Positions 28,658 through 38,291 are shown, counted from the first letter of the stretch. The stretch: 64,000 nt of DNA from Asaia bogorensis (GCA_945901855.1 CAMDLT010000013.1:3421-67420); one strand, 5' to 3'. Notes: generated from the letters alone by a model not told the origin. Numbers and translations: made by a program.

Positions 28658-30169
28658 TTATCCTTGCCCGCCGCGCCGCTCGAGGCCGACATCGCACGAC
28701 ATTGCGCGCAGATAGAGCGCGCGGTAGTAGGGCTCGAGTTCTGCCGCTTGCGCGCGCAACGTCGCCATTTCGGCCGAAAGTTTGGGCGCCAGGGCGGCGA
28801 TTTCGGCATACAAAGCGCCTTCGTCGAGCGACAGCAATTTGCCGCTTTCGACCACCTGGCGACCGGCGACAAAAACGTCGCGCACGGAGGCGCCCGTCTC
28901 GCAATAGACCAGCTGGCGATCAAGATCGTTGAGCGGCACGTAAGCCGGATTGGCCATGTCGAGCAGGATGAAATCGGCCGCCGCGCCCGCCGCCAAAACG
29001 CCGAGCTGCTCGGGGCGTCGCGCCGCCCGCGCGCCGCCGACGTAGAGCGTTTCGAGGATCTCGGGCGCCGTGGGCCAGTCGCGCCAGTCGTCGCGCGTCA
29101 GATTGTGGACGAGCCCCGCCGCCTTTGCCGCCAGCCACAAATTATGCGTATCGTCGACCGTGGCCTCGTCGGTGCCGAGCGCAAGGGGCACGCCCGCGTT
29201 GCGCAGCCGCCGCCACGGCATGGTCCCGCTGCCCAGGCGCATATTGCACACCGGATTGTGCGCGACCGTGCAGCCCGAGCGCGCCAGTATCGCGATATCG
29301 GCATCGTCGACCCAGATCGCATGGATCACCAGCATGCGTTCGTCGAGCAGGTTCAGATCGTCGATATAGCGCACCAGCGACTTGCCGAACTTCTGCGCGC
29401 CGAACACGCGCTGGGTTTTGGTTTCCAGCACATGCACGAAGAACGGCAAATCGCGGCTGCGCGACAGCGCCGACAGACGCTTGAAATAGTCGACGGTCAC
29501 GCGGTGCGGTGCCGAACACGAGACCGCCGCCGCCAAGCGCCCCTCGGCCGCGCCGTGCCAAGTTTCGACCAGATGCGCGTAGTTCGCCATCAGCTCGTCG
29601 GCCGACTGGAGCGGCGCTTCATCCATCCTGCGGCGGAGGGACGAAGGCAGCAGTTCCGCCAAAAACGGCTGCTTGTCGTATTCGACGATGTTCTGCTGGT
29701 CGAGTGCCAGTGTCGCGCGCATGCCGCTGTCGCGATAGGCCGACATGACGGCGTCGATAGCACCGGGCGATACGGTCGGCACAAAAAATGCGTCGTCGAG
29801 CACGGTCGTAATGCCGAGCTTCAGCATTTCGATCGCGCCCAATGCCGTGCGCAGATAGGCAAGCCGCGCCGCGCTCTCGCCCGACGCCAAGGGCGGCACC
29901 TCGTAGAGCATGAAAATTTCGAGCGGATACGAATCGAGCGTGCCGCGCATCAGATTGCCGGGCGAATGGACATGCGCGTTGATCAGACCGGGCAAAGCCA
30001 GTTTTCCACCCGCATCGATGCGCGGCGCGTCGCCTGCGAGCATTTCGGCCGGCACGTATCCGACAGCCAAAAACTTTCCGTCGCGAATCGCAATCTCGCC
30101 GCTTACGATGCCGCGCGGACTTTTTGCATCGGGCAGGCGGACATTTGCGATCAGCAGATCGTTCGGCAT
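28658..30169 (-). CDS. amidohydrolase (cytosine/guanine deaminase, chlorohydrolase-like metal-dependent hydrolase) family protein
   Basis: 503 aa from MPNDLLIANVRLPD. Metal-binding N-terminus LPGLINAHVHSPGNLMRG (HxH), HAIW, and a C-terminal aspartate region GTDEATVDD. Confidence 0.8.
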   Translation of the reverse strand: MPNDLLIANVRLPDAKSPRGIVSGEIAIRDGKFLAVGYVPAEMLAGDAPRIDAGGKLALPGLINAHVHSPGNLMRGTLDSYPLEIFMLYEVPPLASGESAARLAYLRTALGAIEMLKLGITTVLDDAFFVPTVSPGAIDAVMSAYRDSGMRATLALDQQNIVEYDKQPFLAELLPSSLRRRMDEAPLQSADELMANYAHLVETWHGAAEGRLAAAVSCSAPHRVTVDYFKRLSALSRSRDLPFFVHVLETKTQRVFGAQKFGKSLVRYIDDLNLLDERMLVIHAIWVDDADIAILARSGCTVAHNPVCNMRLGSGTMPWRRLRNAGVPLALGTDEATVDDTHNLWLAAKAAGLVHNLTRDDWRDWPTAPEILETLYVGGARAARRPEQLGVLAAGAAADFILLDMANPAYVPLNDLDRQLVYCETGASVRDVFVAGRQVVESGKLLSLDEGALYAEIAALAPKLSAEMATLRAQAAELEPYYRALYLRAMSCDVGLERRGGQG

Positions 30170-30246
30170 GAATCGATTTTCCCGAAAAAGCATCGGCGAC
30201 AAGTGTGCGGGCCGAACGGCCTGCGAGGCAAGAGGACACAAGGCAG

Positions 30247-30990
30247 ATGGCATTCAATCCCGCAAACCGCAAGCTCGTCGGCATGCTGACCCCGTCGTCC
30301 AATACGGTCCTCGAGCCCATGACGGCCGAGATGCTGGCAGGCCTGCCGGACGTGAGCGCGCATTTCGCGCGTTTTCGTGTGACCGAAATTTCGCTCGAGC
30401 CCGGCGCGCTCAAGCAGTTCGACGAAGCGCCAATTCTGGAAGCCGCACGCCTGCTGGCCGATGCGCGCGTGGGCGCCATCGTGTGGAACGGCACGTCGTC
30501 GGGGTGGCTTGGCCTCGATGCCGACCGGCGTCTGTGCGCTTCGATCCGCGACGCGACGGGCATTGCGGCAGGCACGTCCGTGCTGGCGCTGGTCGATATC
30601 CTGCGCCGCCAGACCGCCAAAAAAATCGGCTTCGTGACGCCGTATCTGGACGATATCCAAACGCGCATCGTCGCCAACTTTGCCGCGGAGGGCTTCGAAA
30701 CAGTCGCCGAGCGGCATCTTGGCGACCGCGGCAATTTTTCGTTCTCCGAATACAGCGAAGAACGGATTGCCGGGCTAGTGCGCGAGGTCGCCCAAGCGAA
30801 GCCCGATGCGATCAGCGTCTTTTGCACCAACATGCGCGGCGCGCGGGTTGCGGCGGCGCTCGAAAAAGAACTCGGCATTCCGATCTACGACACGGTCGCG
30901 ACCGCCGTGTGGACCGGCTTGCGGCTGGTCGGCGCAGCGCCCCGGCGCATCGCGGGCTGGGGCAGCCTCTTTTCCAATTTCGGCGATTGA
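30247..30990 (+). CDS. Asp/Glu racemase superfamily protein (maleate isomerase / arylmalonate decarboxylase / EutA-like)
   Basis: 247 aa, MAFNPANRKLVGMLTPSSNTVLEPM...AIVWNGTSSGW...VFCTNMRGA, the two-half-domain pattern of this family. Divergent from the 10 kb operon. Confidence 0.7.
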   Translation: MAFNPANRKLVGMLTPSSNTVLEPMTAEMLAGLPDVSAHFARFRVTEISLEPGALKQFDEAPILEAARLLADARVGAIVWNGTSSGWLGLDADRRLCASIRDATGIAAGTSVLALVDILRRQTAKKIGFVTPYLDDIQTRIVANFAAEGFETVAERHLGDRGNFSFSEYSEERIAGLVREVAQAKPDAISVFCTNMRGARVAAALEKELGIPIYDTVATAVWTGLRLVGAAPRRIAGWGSLFSNFGD

Positions 30991-31013
30991 AAATGCGGCT
31001 GCGGGGGCGTCGC

Positions 31014-31394
31014 CTATAGCGTCGTTGGACGCCCGTAATCGTCCGACAGACGCTCGATATCCGACTCCGCAAGCTCTGCCCCAAGCTGGACCTCGATCAG
31101 CGTCAGCATCGCCTTGCCCGTGTTCGCAAGCCGATGCACGGTCCGCGGCCCGACGCGAACGACATCGCCTGCCGCGATCTTGCGCGTGCGCGCGCCCAAC
31201 GTTACGATGCCTGTGCCCGCGACGATCGTCCAGCGTTCGATACGCTTGAAATGCCGTTGCAACGAAAGCCGCCGCCCCGGCGCCACGTCGATACGTTTGA
31301 CGGCGTACCCCTCGCCCACCGCCAGAACGCGCCAGCTTCCCCAAGGCCGCTTGCCGGTCGCGCCCACCCGATAGCCGCGCGCTGCCGTCGACAT
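31014..31394 (-). CDS. cupin domain protein
   Basis: 126 aa, a small beta-barrel (LSLQRHFKRIERWTIVAGTG), last gene of the TRAP operon. Confidence 0.6.
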   Translation of the reverse strand: MSTAARGYRVGATGKRPWGSWRVLAVGEGYAVKRIDVAPGRRLSLQRHFKRIERWTIVAGTGIVTLGARTRKIAAGDVVRVGPRTVHRLANTGKAMLTLIEVQLGAELAESDIERLSDDYGRPTTL

Positions 31395-31395
31395 C

Positions 31396-32670
31396 TCAGC
31401 GCCCCATTACAAGTTTGGGCAGCCACGTGGTCAATGGCGGCCACAGCGTGATGGCCAGCAGCACGCCCATCAGCGGCACCAGCCACGGCACGATCGCGCG
31501 CGACATCGCCGCAAACGAAATGCCCGCGATCCGCGAGGTCACGAACAGCACGACGCCAACCGGCGGCGTGATCGTGCCGATCATCAGATTGAGCACGAAA
31601 ATCAGCCCGAATTGGATCGGATCGATGCCAAACGCGTCCGCAGCCGGCGTCAGAATGGGGATCAAGATCAGCATGGCCGCCAGCGCTTCCATGAAACATC
31701 CCACAAACAGCAGCAGCAGATTGACCGCCAGCAAAAACATCAGCGGATCGCCCACCAAATCGACGATCTGCGGACCGACGGTCTGGGGGATGCGCGACAA
31801 GGACAAGCACCAGCCCAGCGCCGACGCGGTCATCACCAGCGCCAGCACAACGCCGGTCGTCTCGACCGTTTCGGCCGCAATGCGCGGCAGATCGGCGAGC
31901 TTGAAATCACCGTACACAAAAAGCCCCAGAATCAACGCATAGACGGTCGCGACGCCCGCCGCCTCGGTCGGCGTGAAGATGCCCGCAACCATGCCGCCGA
32001 ACAGAATGACCGGCGTCATCAGCGCCCAATGCGCGCGGCGATAGGCCCGCCAAAGGTCGCCAATGCCTGGAAACGGATGGCGCGGCAGTCCGCGTTTGCG
32101 CGCGATATACGTGACCATCGCCATCAACGCGCCCGCCATCAGCAGCCCCGGAATGACGCCCGCCAGAAACAAACCGCCGATCGACACGTCCGCGCTCACG
32201 CCATAGATCACCATCGGCAGCGAAGGCGGAATGATCGGCCCGATCGTCGCCGATGCCGCCGTGATCGCAGCGGCCGTTTCGGCGTCGTATCCTTCGTCGC
32301 GCATCGCTTTGATCTCAAGCGTGCCCACGCCCCCCGCGTCGGCCACGGCCGAGCCCGACATGCCGGCGAAAATCACGCTCGCCAAAATATTCGCGTGGCA
32401 CAGTCCGCCGCGCAGCCACCCGACGCACGCCGTTGCGAACGCGAAAATTCGGTCGGTGATGCCCGCCGAATTCATGATGTTGCCCATCAAGATGAACAGC
32501 GGCGCCGCCAGCAGCGGAAACGAGTTGGCGGCCTGCGCGATCTTTTGCGGCACGATCGACGGCGTGATGCCGGAAAGCGCCACGAACGCGAGCGCCGCCC
32601 CGCCCATCGACGCGTAGAGCGGCACGCCCAGCAGCAAGGCCGCGAACCACACGACCAGAATCTGCGTCAT
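31396..32670 (-). CDS. TRAP transporter large permease (DctM)
   Basis: 424 aa from MTQILVVWFAALLLGVPLYASMGG. An alternative GTG start at 32682 overlaps the dctQ stop. Confidence 0.85.
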   Translation of the reverse strand: MTQILVVWFAALLLGVPLYASMGGAALAFVALSGITPSIVPQKIAQAANSFPLLAAPLFILMGNIMNSAGITDRIFAFATACVGWLRGGLCHANILASVIFAGMSGSAVADAGGVGTLEIKAMRDEGYDAETAAAITAASATIGPIIPPSLPMVIYGVSADVSIGGLFLAGVIPGLLMAGALMAMVTYIARKRGLPRHPFPGIGDLWRAYRRAHWALMTPVILFGGMVAGIFTPTEAAGVATVYALILGLFVYGDFKLADLPRIAAETVETTGVVLALVMTASALGWCLSLSRIPQTVGPQIVDLVGDPLMFLLAVNLLLLFVGCFMEALAAMLILIPILTPAADAFGIDPIQFGLIFVLNLMIGTITPPVGVVLFVTSRIAGISFAAMSRAIVPWLVPLMGVLLAITLWPPLTTWLPKLVMGR

Positions 32671-32678
32671 CGTTTCGA

Positions 32679-33161
32679 TCACGGGTTCGCCCCCGTCGGG
32701 ACGGGACCGCGCAAGGCTTCGACGATCTGCGCCAGCGCTTGCAGCAGAATCGCCGCTGCCGCGATCGGAACCGGCACGTACAGCAAGGCCGCCGACAACG
32801 GAACGCTGATCCACTCGACGTCCAGATTGCGCTCGATCAGCAAGGGGCCATACCGCAGCATCACCAGCGCGAGCGCCACGACGCAGGCTTGGATCGCGAC
32901 CTCCGCAATGCGGCGCGCCGTCGGTCCCAGTTTGTCGATGAACACGTCGATCCGGATATGGCTGCGATTGCGCGCGGCCAAGATCCACCCGACGAACCCG
33001 GTCCATACCAGAAGATACTGCGCCGCCTCGTCGGTCCATGGCAGCGGCGCGCCGACCTGGCGCGAGACGACGCCCGCCACCACGCTCGCCAAAAGCGAAA
33101 ACAACAGCAGCGACGCCGCGACGCGCAGCGCAAGATCGCTCGCGCGTCGCAGCCCCGCCAT
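32679..33161 (-). CDS. TRAP transporter small permease (DctQ)
   Basis: 160 aa, MAGLRRASDLALRVAASLLLFSLLASVVAG, 4 TM segments. ATGA overlap with dctP. Confidence 0.8.
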   Translation of the reverse strand: MAGLRRASDLALRVAASLLLFSLLASVVAGVVSRQVGAPLPWTDEAAQYLLVWTGFVGWILAARNRSHIRIDVFIDKLGPTARRIAEVAIQACVVALALVMLRYGPLLIERNLDVEWISVPLSAALLYVPVPIAAAAILLQALAQIVEALRGPVPTGANP

Positions 33162-34144
33162 CACAGCGCCTTCAGCGATTCGAACGTATCGCGGCCCCAG
33201 CGCTCGGCGAACTGGGCAGGCACCCGCGCCAGCACCGGGTCGCGGAACAGCTTGAGGTCCGGCTCGATGACCGTCATGCCGGCCGCGCGCAGAGTTGCGA
33301 CCAGCGTCGCCTCCTGTGCCAGCAATTCCGTGTCCTGCCACTTGGCGCCGTTGGCGATCGCGGTTTCCAGAATGTCGCGATCGGCCGGGCGCAAGCCGCG
33401 CCAGAAACCTTCGTTCACGATCACCATGCGCGGCGTGATGATGTGCTCGGTCAGAACAAGGAACTTCTGCACCTCGAAAAATTTGCCGCTTTGAATTGTC
33501 GGCAGCGGATTTTCCTGGCCGTCGACGGCGCCTTGATTGAGCGCGAGATACAGCTCGTTGAAATTGACAGGCGTGGCTTGCGCGCCCCACGCTTCGGCCA
33601 TCGCGCGGAACACGTCGACGGGCGGCACGCGCAGCTTGAACCCGACCATATCGGCGGGCGTCCGCACGGCCTTGCTGCCGGTCGTAAGGTGGCGCTTGCC
33701 GTAATAGGTGATGGCCGCCAAGCGCATGCCGCGGCGCGCCACCAGATCGTCGTTCATGCGCTTGAACTGCGGCGCGCCCGCAGCCTTCGCCATGTGCGCT
33801 GCATCGCGCCACAGATAAGGCGCTTCGACGACCGAAAGTGCGGGCAGCAATGCCGCAAGCGCGCCGGCGCCGTCGGTTGTCATCTGCAGGGCGCCGGCCG
33901 ACACCGCTTCCATCATGTCGCGCCCGGACCCCAACTGCCCGTTGGGGAAGGACTGCACGTCGATGCGGCCCGACGTCTTTTCCTTCACCTCGCGCGCAAT
34001 GCGGTCGATCATCTGCACCTGCGGGTGCGAAGGCGCCAGCATTTCGCCCCAGCGAATGGCGGTGGCCTGCGCGCGCAGGATGGTCGGTGCGGCAAGCAGT
34101 GCGCCGAGTGCCGCAGTGCCCGCTAGAAGGTTCCGGCGATTCAT
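33161..34144 (-). CDS. TRAP transporter substrate-binding protein (DctP family)
   Basis: MNRRNLLAGTAALGALLAAPTILRAQA signal, 327 aa. Confidence 0.85.
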   Translation of the reverse strand: MNRRNLLAGTAALGALLAAPTILRAQATAIRWGEMLAPSHPQVQMIDRIAREVKEKTSGRIDVQSFPNGQLGSGRDMMEAVSAGALQMTTDGAGALAALLPALSVVEAPYLWRDAAHMAKAAGAPQFKRMNDDLVARRGMRLAAITYYGKRHLTTGSKAVRTPADMVGFKLRVPPVDVFRAMAEAWGAQATPVNFNELYLALNQGAVDGQENPLPTIQSGKFFEVQKFLVLTEHIITPRMVIVNEGFWRGLRPADRDILETAIANGAKWQDTELLAQEATLVATLRAAGMTVIEPDLKLFRDPVLARVPAQFAERWGRDTFESLKAL

Positions 34145-34240
34145 GTTTTATCTCCCTTTGTTGCGACGCCTTTTGGCGCCTTTGACGCCGCCAGCGGTTG
34201 ACCCGCCGGCGATTTTGCGCTGGATCGGTCGTTTCTTTGG

Positions 34241-34918
34241 CTAGATCTCCATGGCGCGGTTGCGCGCATCGACGATGTGCGCGGCGAGTGCGGCTTGCGC
34301 GCCCGCAGGATCGCGCGCCGCCATGCGCTCGACGATGCCCAAATGCTCGCGCATCACGGTTTCGACGCGCGCGGGATCGAGACGCGTCTCGGCCTGGCGG
34401 ATCAGGCGTATCTTGATCGAGTTGACGCGATAGGCGCTCGACACGATCTCGTTCGACAGCCAGTCGACGATCGTGTCGTGCATGTCCCAATCGACGATCT
34501 GCGCGCGGCGAATGATATCGGGCGTCACGCGTTTGGACGCGTCCTTGATGATGCGCAGATGCGCCTCCTTCAAGCGCGCAATGGCCGCATCCGGCGCTTC
34601 GCGCACGAACACGGCGACCGCCTCGCGCTCCAGCATCAGGCGAAACTGGAAGGCGCAGCGAATGAGATTGAGATCGACATGCGCTACCTGCATGCCGCGC
34701 TGCGGCACGGTCACGATCAGCCCCTCGGCCTCAAGCCGCGGCACCAGTTCGCGGATCGCCCCCAGCGGCAGGCCCGTGATCTCGACAAGCTCGCGCTGCG
34801 AAACGAACTGGCCCGGCACGATCGCGCGCGACATCAGACGGTCGGTGAAGGCGGTATAGGCGCGATCGCGCAGCTTGCCGGACTCGGCGCTCGATTCCGC
34901 GATCGGCAGAGTTTTCAC
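34241..34918 (-). CDS. GntR-family transcriptional regulator
   Basis: HTH VSQRELVEITGLPLGAIRELVPRLEAEGLI plus an FCD-like C-terminal domain. A GTG start at 34918 overlaps the aldolase stop (GTGA). ATG 34834 is an alternative. Confidence 0.7.
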   Translation of the reverse strand: MKTLPIAESSAESGKLRDRAYTAFTDRLMSRAIVPGQFVSQRELVEITGLPLGAIRELVPRLEAEGLIVTVPQRGMQVAHVDLNLIRCAFQFRLMLEREAVAVFVREAPDAAIARLKEAHLRIIKDASKRVTPDIIRRAQIVDWDMHDTIVDWLSNEIVSSAYRVNSIKIRLIRQAETRLDPARVETVMREHLGIVERMAARDPAGAQAALAAHIVDARNRAMEI

Positions 34919-35823
34919 GCGGCGACCGCGGTTTTCGCCGCCTCGAAACGTGCGACCAATGCCTTGGCGCGCGCATCGTCGAGTGCGACGAGCGGCGCCC
35001 GCATGCGCAGCCACTGGGCATCGCCCGTGCGGTGCGCGATCAGCGCTTTGACAGCCGACATGAACGGGTCGGCGATGATCGCCGTCACGCATGCCGCAAT
35101 CAGCGGATCGTCCTTGCCGTCCCACACGGCAGCGCGCAACAGGTCGGGGCGAAGATTGGCAAGTCCGCAAATCGTACCCGACCCGCCCTCGCGCACCGCG
35201 CGCGCGATCAGGCGTTCGTCGCCGACCAGGATCTGCAAATCCTTGTGCGCGTCGAGAAAGCCCTTGGCCGACTCCCAACTGCCCGTGCTGTCCTTGATGC
35301 CGATCACGGCGCCCGGAAACGCCGCGCGCAGGCGCGCCATCAACGCGGGCGTGAAGCCGACGCGCGTCATGCTCGGAATATGGTAGATCAGAACGTCGCG
35401 AAGACTGCCGCCGAGCCCTTCGAAAACGGCCGCAAACCAGGCGAACACGCCGTCCTCCGACGGTTCCGGGAAATAGAAGGGCGGAGTCATCAGCAGCGCG
35501 CGGCAGTCGGCCGCATAGGCTGCCTTCGCCTGCGCGATCGCGTCGCCCACGGTCGCGGCCGTAACGCCCGCAACGATCTGTTTGCGCATCGCAAGCCCAG
35601 CGCCCGCAAACGTGCCGAGCAGCGCATGGCGCTCGCCCAAATCGAACGAAGCGCCCTCGCCCGTCGTGCCGAACAGCGTGACGCCATCGCCCCCGTTCGC
35701 CAGCACCCATTTGCCCTGTTCGAGCGTACGCACGGCATCGACGGTGCCATCGGCCTTGAACGCGGTCGACAGCGCGCAGCAAACGCCGATGCGCGACCCG
35801 GTAGCGGTTTTTTCGACTGGCAT
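34915..35823 (-). CDS. dihydrodipicolinate synthase family aldolase (probable 2-keto-3-deoxy-sugar-acid aldolase)
   Basis: 302 aa, DHDPS fold motifs (GVTLFGTTGEGASF, IYHIPSMT, IGIKDSTG containing the Schiff-base lysine context). Confidence 0.8.
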   Translation of the reverse strand: MPVEKTATGSRIGVCCALSTAFKADGTVDAVRTLEQGKWVLANGGDGVTLFGTTGEGASFDLGERHALLGTFAGAGLAMRKQIVAGVTAATVGDAIAQAKAAYAADCRALLMTPPFYFPEPSEDGVFAWFAAVFEGLGGSLRDVLIYHIPSMTRVGFTPALMARLRAAFPGAVIGIKDSTGSWESAKGFLDAHKDLQILVGDERLIARAVREGGSGTICGLANLRPDLLRAAVWDGKDDPLIAACVTAIIADPFMSAVKALIAHRTGDAQWLRMRAPLVALDDARAKALVARFEAAKTAVAA

Positions 35824-35922
35824 TTTGTTCGCTCCCCCAACAAGCTTTGATTCGAAGTTTGACGTACCAAACGACTTCAGTCAACGCTAACATGTCAGTC
35901 AGTTGAGAAACAGGAGTTGGAA

Positions 35923-36939
35923 ATGGCCGCAATCCCCTTGCGCACGCTCGGCAAAAGCGGTCTTGGCGTGTCGGCGCTGGGTTTCGGCAGCGCGCCGCTC
36001 GGCGAAATATACGCGCGCATCGACGAGCGCCAGGCGCAAGAGGCGGTTGCCGCAGCCCTCGTCGGCGGCATGACGCTGCTCGACAGTTCGCCGCTCTACG
36101 GCCACGGGCTCGCCGAACATCGTATCGGTGCTGCCTTGCGCCTGGCGCCGACGATCGCGCCGGTCATCTGCACCAAGGTCGGTCGCACCGTCGATCCGTT
36201 TGCCGCGCGCGGGGGCGAAAGCGGATTTGTGGGCGGCCTGTCGCACGCGCTGCGCTTCGACTATTCGTACGACGGCGCGATGCGTTCGATCGAGCAGTCG
36301 CTGCTGCGTCTGGGCGTGGATCGGCTCGATATCGTGCTGATCCACGATGTCGACGTGTGGACGCACGGCGCCGACGCGATCGACCGGCGCTTTGCCGAGG
36401 CCGTCGCGGGCGCCTACAAAGCGCTCGACCGGCTGCGCACCGACAAGACGATCGCGGCCGTCGGCGTGGGCGTCAACGAGGCCGACATGTGCGTGCGCTT
36501 CGCGCAAGCGTGCGATATCGATTGCGTTCTACTGGCAGGCCGCTACACGCTGCTGGAACAGCCCGCCGCCGCAGAATTTCTGCCACTCGCCCTAAAACGC
36601 AACATCGGCGTCATGCTGGGCGGCGTTTTCAATTCGGGCATCCTTGCCACCGGCGCTGTCGCTGGCGCCAAATACAATTACAAACCTGCCCCGCCGGACA
36701 TCCTGGCCAGGGTCGCCAAAATCGACGCGATCTGCAAACGCCGCGACGTCAAACTGTTCGATGCGGCGCTGCATTTTGCGTTGGCCCATCCTGCGGTGTC
36801 GAGCGTGGTGCTCGGCGCCGTGTCGGCGCATGAAGTGGCCGCCCAGATCGACAGTATGGGCGCCACGATCCCGCCCGATCTTTGGCGCGATCTCAAAGCG
36901 GCCGGATTGCTTGCGAGCGACGCGCCGGTGCCGACATGA
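35923..36939 (+). CDS. aldo/keto reductase (probable aldose / 6-deoxy-aldose 1-dehydrogenase)
   Basis: MAAIPLRTLGKSGLGVSALGFGSAPLG AKR N-terminus, LDSSPLYGHG, IVLIHDVD. CAGGAG RBS upstream. Confidence 0.85.
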   Translation: MAAIPLRTLGKSGLGVSALGFGSAPLGEIYARIDERQAQEAVAAALVGGMTLLDSSPLYGHGLAEHRIGAALRLAPTIAPVICTKVGRTVDPFAARGGESGFVGGLSHALRFDYSYDGAMRSIEQSLLRLGVDRLDIVLIHDVDVWTHGADAIDRRFAEAVAGAYKALDRLRTDKTIAAVGVGVNEADMCVRFAQACDIDCVLLAGRYTLLEQPAAAEFLPLALKRNIGVMLGGVFNSGILATGAVAGAKYNYKPAPPDILARVAKIDAICKRRDVKLFDAALHFALAHPAVSSVVLGAVSAHEVAAQIDSMGATIPPDLWRDLKAAGLLASDAPVPT

Positions 36940-37760
36940 GCACGCCGCGCATCGACGCTCACCAGCATTATTGGCGCCTGGATCGCGGCGATTACGGGTG
37001 GCTCACGCCCGAACTCGTCGCCATCTATCGCGATTTTGGACCGGCCGACCTCGCACCGGCACTCAAACGAAACGCGATCGCGCGCACCATTCTGGTCCAA
37101 GCCGCGCCCACGCTTGCCGAAACCGACTATCTTCTTGCACTCGCGGCCGAAAATCCGACCATTGCGGGCGTCGTGGGCTGGTGCGACTTTGCCGCCGCAG
37201 CGCAAGTCGAAGCGCTCGCGCACAACCGCCTGCTCGTCGGCCTGCGCCCGATGGTGCAGGACATCGACGACGACGATTGGCTTCTGAATGCCGATCTCGA
37301 TGCCGCGTTTCGCGCGCTCGAATTGCATAACATTGTGTTCGACGCGCTCGTCCTGCCGCGCCATTTGTCGCGTTTGCTCGTTCTGGCGGACCGCTACCCT
37401 GCCCTTGCCATCGTCGTCGACCACGCGGCAAAGCCCCATCTGCGCGAACGGCGTTTCGAGCCGTGGCGCAGCGACATGGCCGCGCTTGCCAAACGTCCCA
37501 ACGTGGTCTGCAAATTCTCCGGCTTGGCGAGCGAGATGGGCGCAGCCTGGACGCTCGACGATCTAGCACCCGTCGCCGACCATTTGCTCGCGACGTTCGG
37601 CGAGGCGCGTCTTTTGTGGGGCAGCGACTGGCCGGTCCTCGAACTTGCCGGCGGCTACGATCGCTGGTTCGAGGCCGCGCAAAAGCTGGTCGGAAGCTCC
37701 GACGCGATTTTTGGCGCCAACGCGAGGCGCGTCTATCTCGAAAAAAGAGGAAGGTTCTAG
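36936..37760 (+). CDS. amidohydrolase_2 (TIM-barrel metal-dependent hydrolase) family protein, probable aldonolactonase
   Basis: MSTPRIDAHQHYW (HxH metal motif at the N-terminus), DHAAKP, WGSDWP. ATGA overlap with the AKR gene. Confidence 0.8.
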   Translation: MSTPRIDAHQHYWRLDRGDYGWLTPELVAIYRDFGPADLAPALKRNAIARTILVQAAPTLAETDYLLALAAENPTIAGVVGWCDFAAAAQVEALAHNRLLVGLRPMVQDIDDDDWLLNADLDAAFRALELHNIVFDALVLPRHLSRLLVLADRYPALAIVVDHAAKPHLRERRFEPWRSDMAALAKRPNVVCKFSGLASEMGAAWTLDDLAPVADHLLATFGEARLLWGSDWPVLELAGGYDRWFEAAQKLVGSSDAIFGANARRVYLEKRGRF

Positions 37761-37762
37761 AC

Positions 37763-38212
37763 ATGCTCATATCCGTCGATCCAGTGCTGACGCCCGACTT
37801 GCTGTGGATCCTTGCGTCGATGGGACACGGCGACGATCTGGCGCTCGTCGATGCGAACCACCCGGCCGAGCGCATCGCGGCGGCAACGATATCCAAACGT
37901 CTTGTGCGTCTGCCCGGATTGACGATGGAACGCGCCGCGCGCGCGATCCTTTCGGTCTTGCCGCTCGACACTTACGTGCCCGATCCTGCGCGACGCATGG
38001 AAGTTATCGGCGACACCGCAACGGTGCCCGCCGTGCAACAAGCGGTGCAAGCCGAAATCGACCGCGTCAGCGCGGGCCCGCAGCCCCTTGTCGGCGTCGA
38101 GCGCTTCGCATTCTACGATGCGGCAAAGGCCGCATTCGCGGTCGTGCAAGTCGGCGATGCGCGCCTTTACGGCTGCTTCTTGTTCCGCAAAGGCGTGATC
38201 GCGGGCGAGTAA
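37763..38212 (+). CDS. fucU: L-fucose mutarotase (RbsD/FucU family)
   Basis: 149 aa MLISVDPVLTPDLLWILASMGHGDDLALVDANHPA...RFAFYDAAKAAFAVVQVGDARLYGCFLFRKGVI, closely matching the FucU pattern (MGHGDEI..D..FP; RFAFYERAQKAFAIV..GE...YGNILLKKGV). AAGAGG RBS. Confidence 0.75.
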   Translation: MLISVDPVLTPDLLWILASMGHGDDLALVDANHPAERIAAATISKRLVRLPGLTMERAARAILSVLPLDTYVPDPARRMEVIGDTATVPAVQQAVQAEIDRVSAGPQPLVGVERFAFYDAAKAAFAVVQVGDARLYGCFLFRKGVIAGE

Positions 38213-38291
38213 GCGGCAGTTCGGGCAAACCGCCCTTGCACGCGCCTGTTTCTTCAAGCCGCGTTCTACCGGCGGCTGCGTGCCGGCCCGG

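Noticed and set aside
31612-34490. ORFs 31612..33255 (+) and the N-terminal part of 32679..34490 (-) over the TRAP genes
   Set aside because: Out-of-frame overlaps with dctM, dctQ and dctP. Only the dctQ part at the 3' end (32679..33161) is real.
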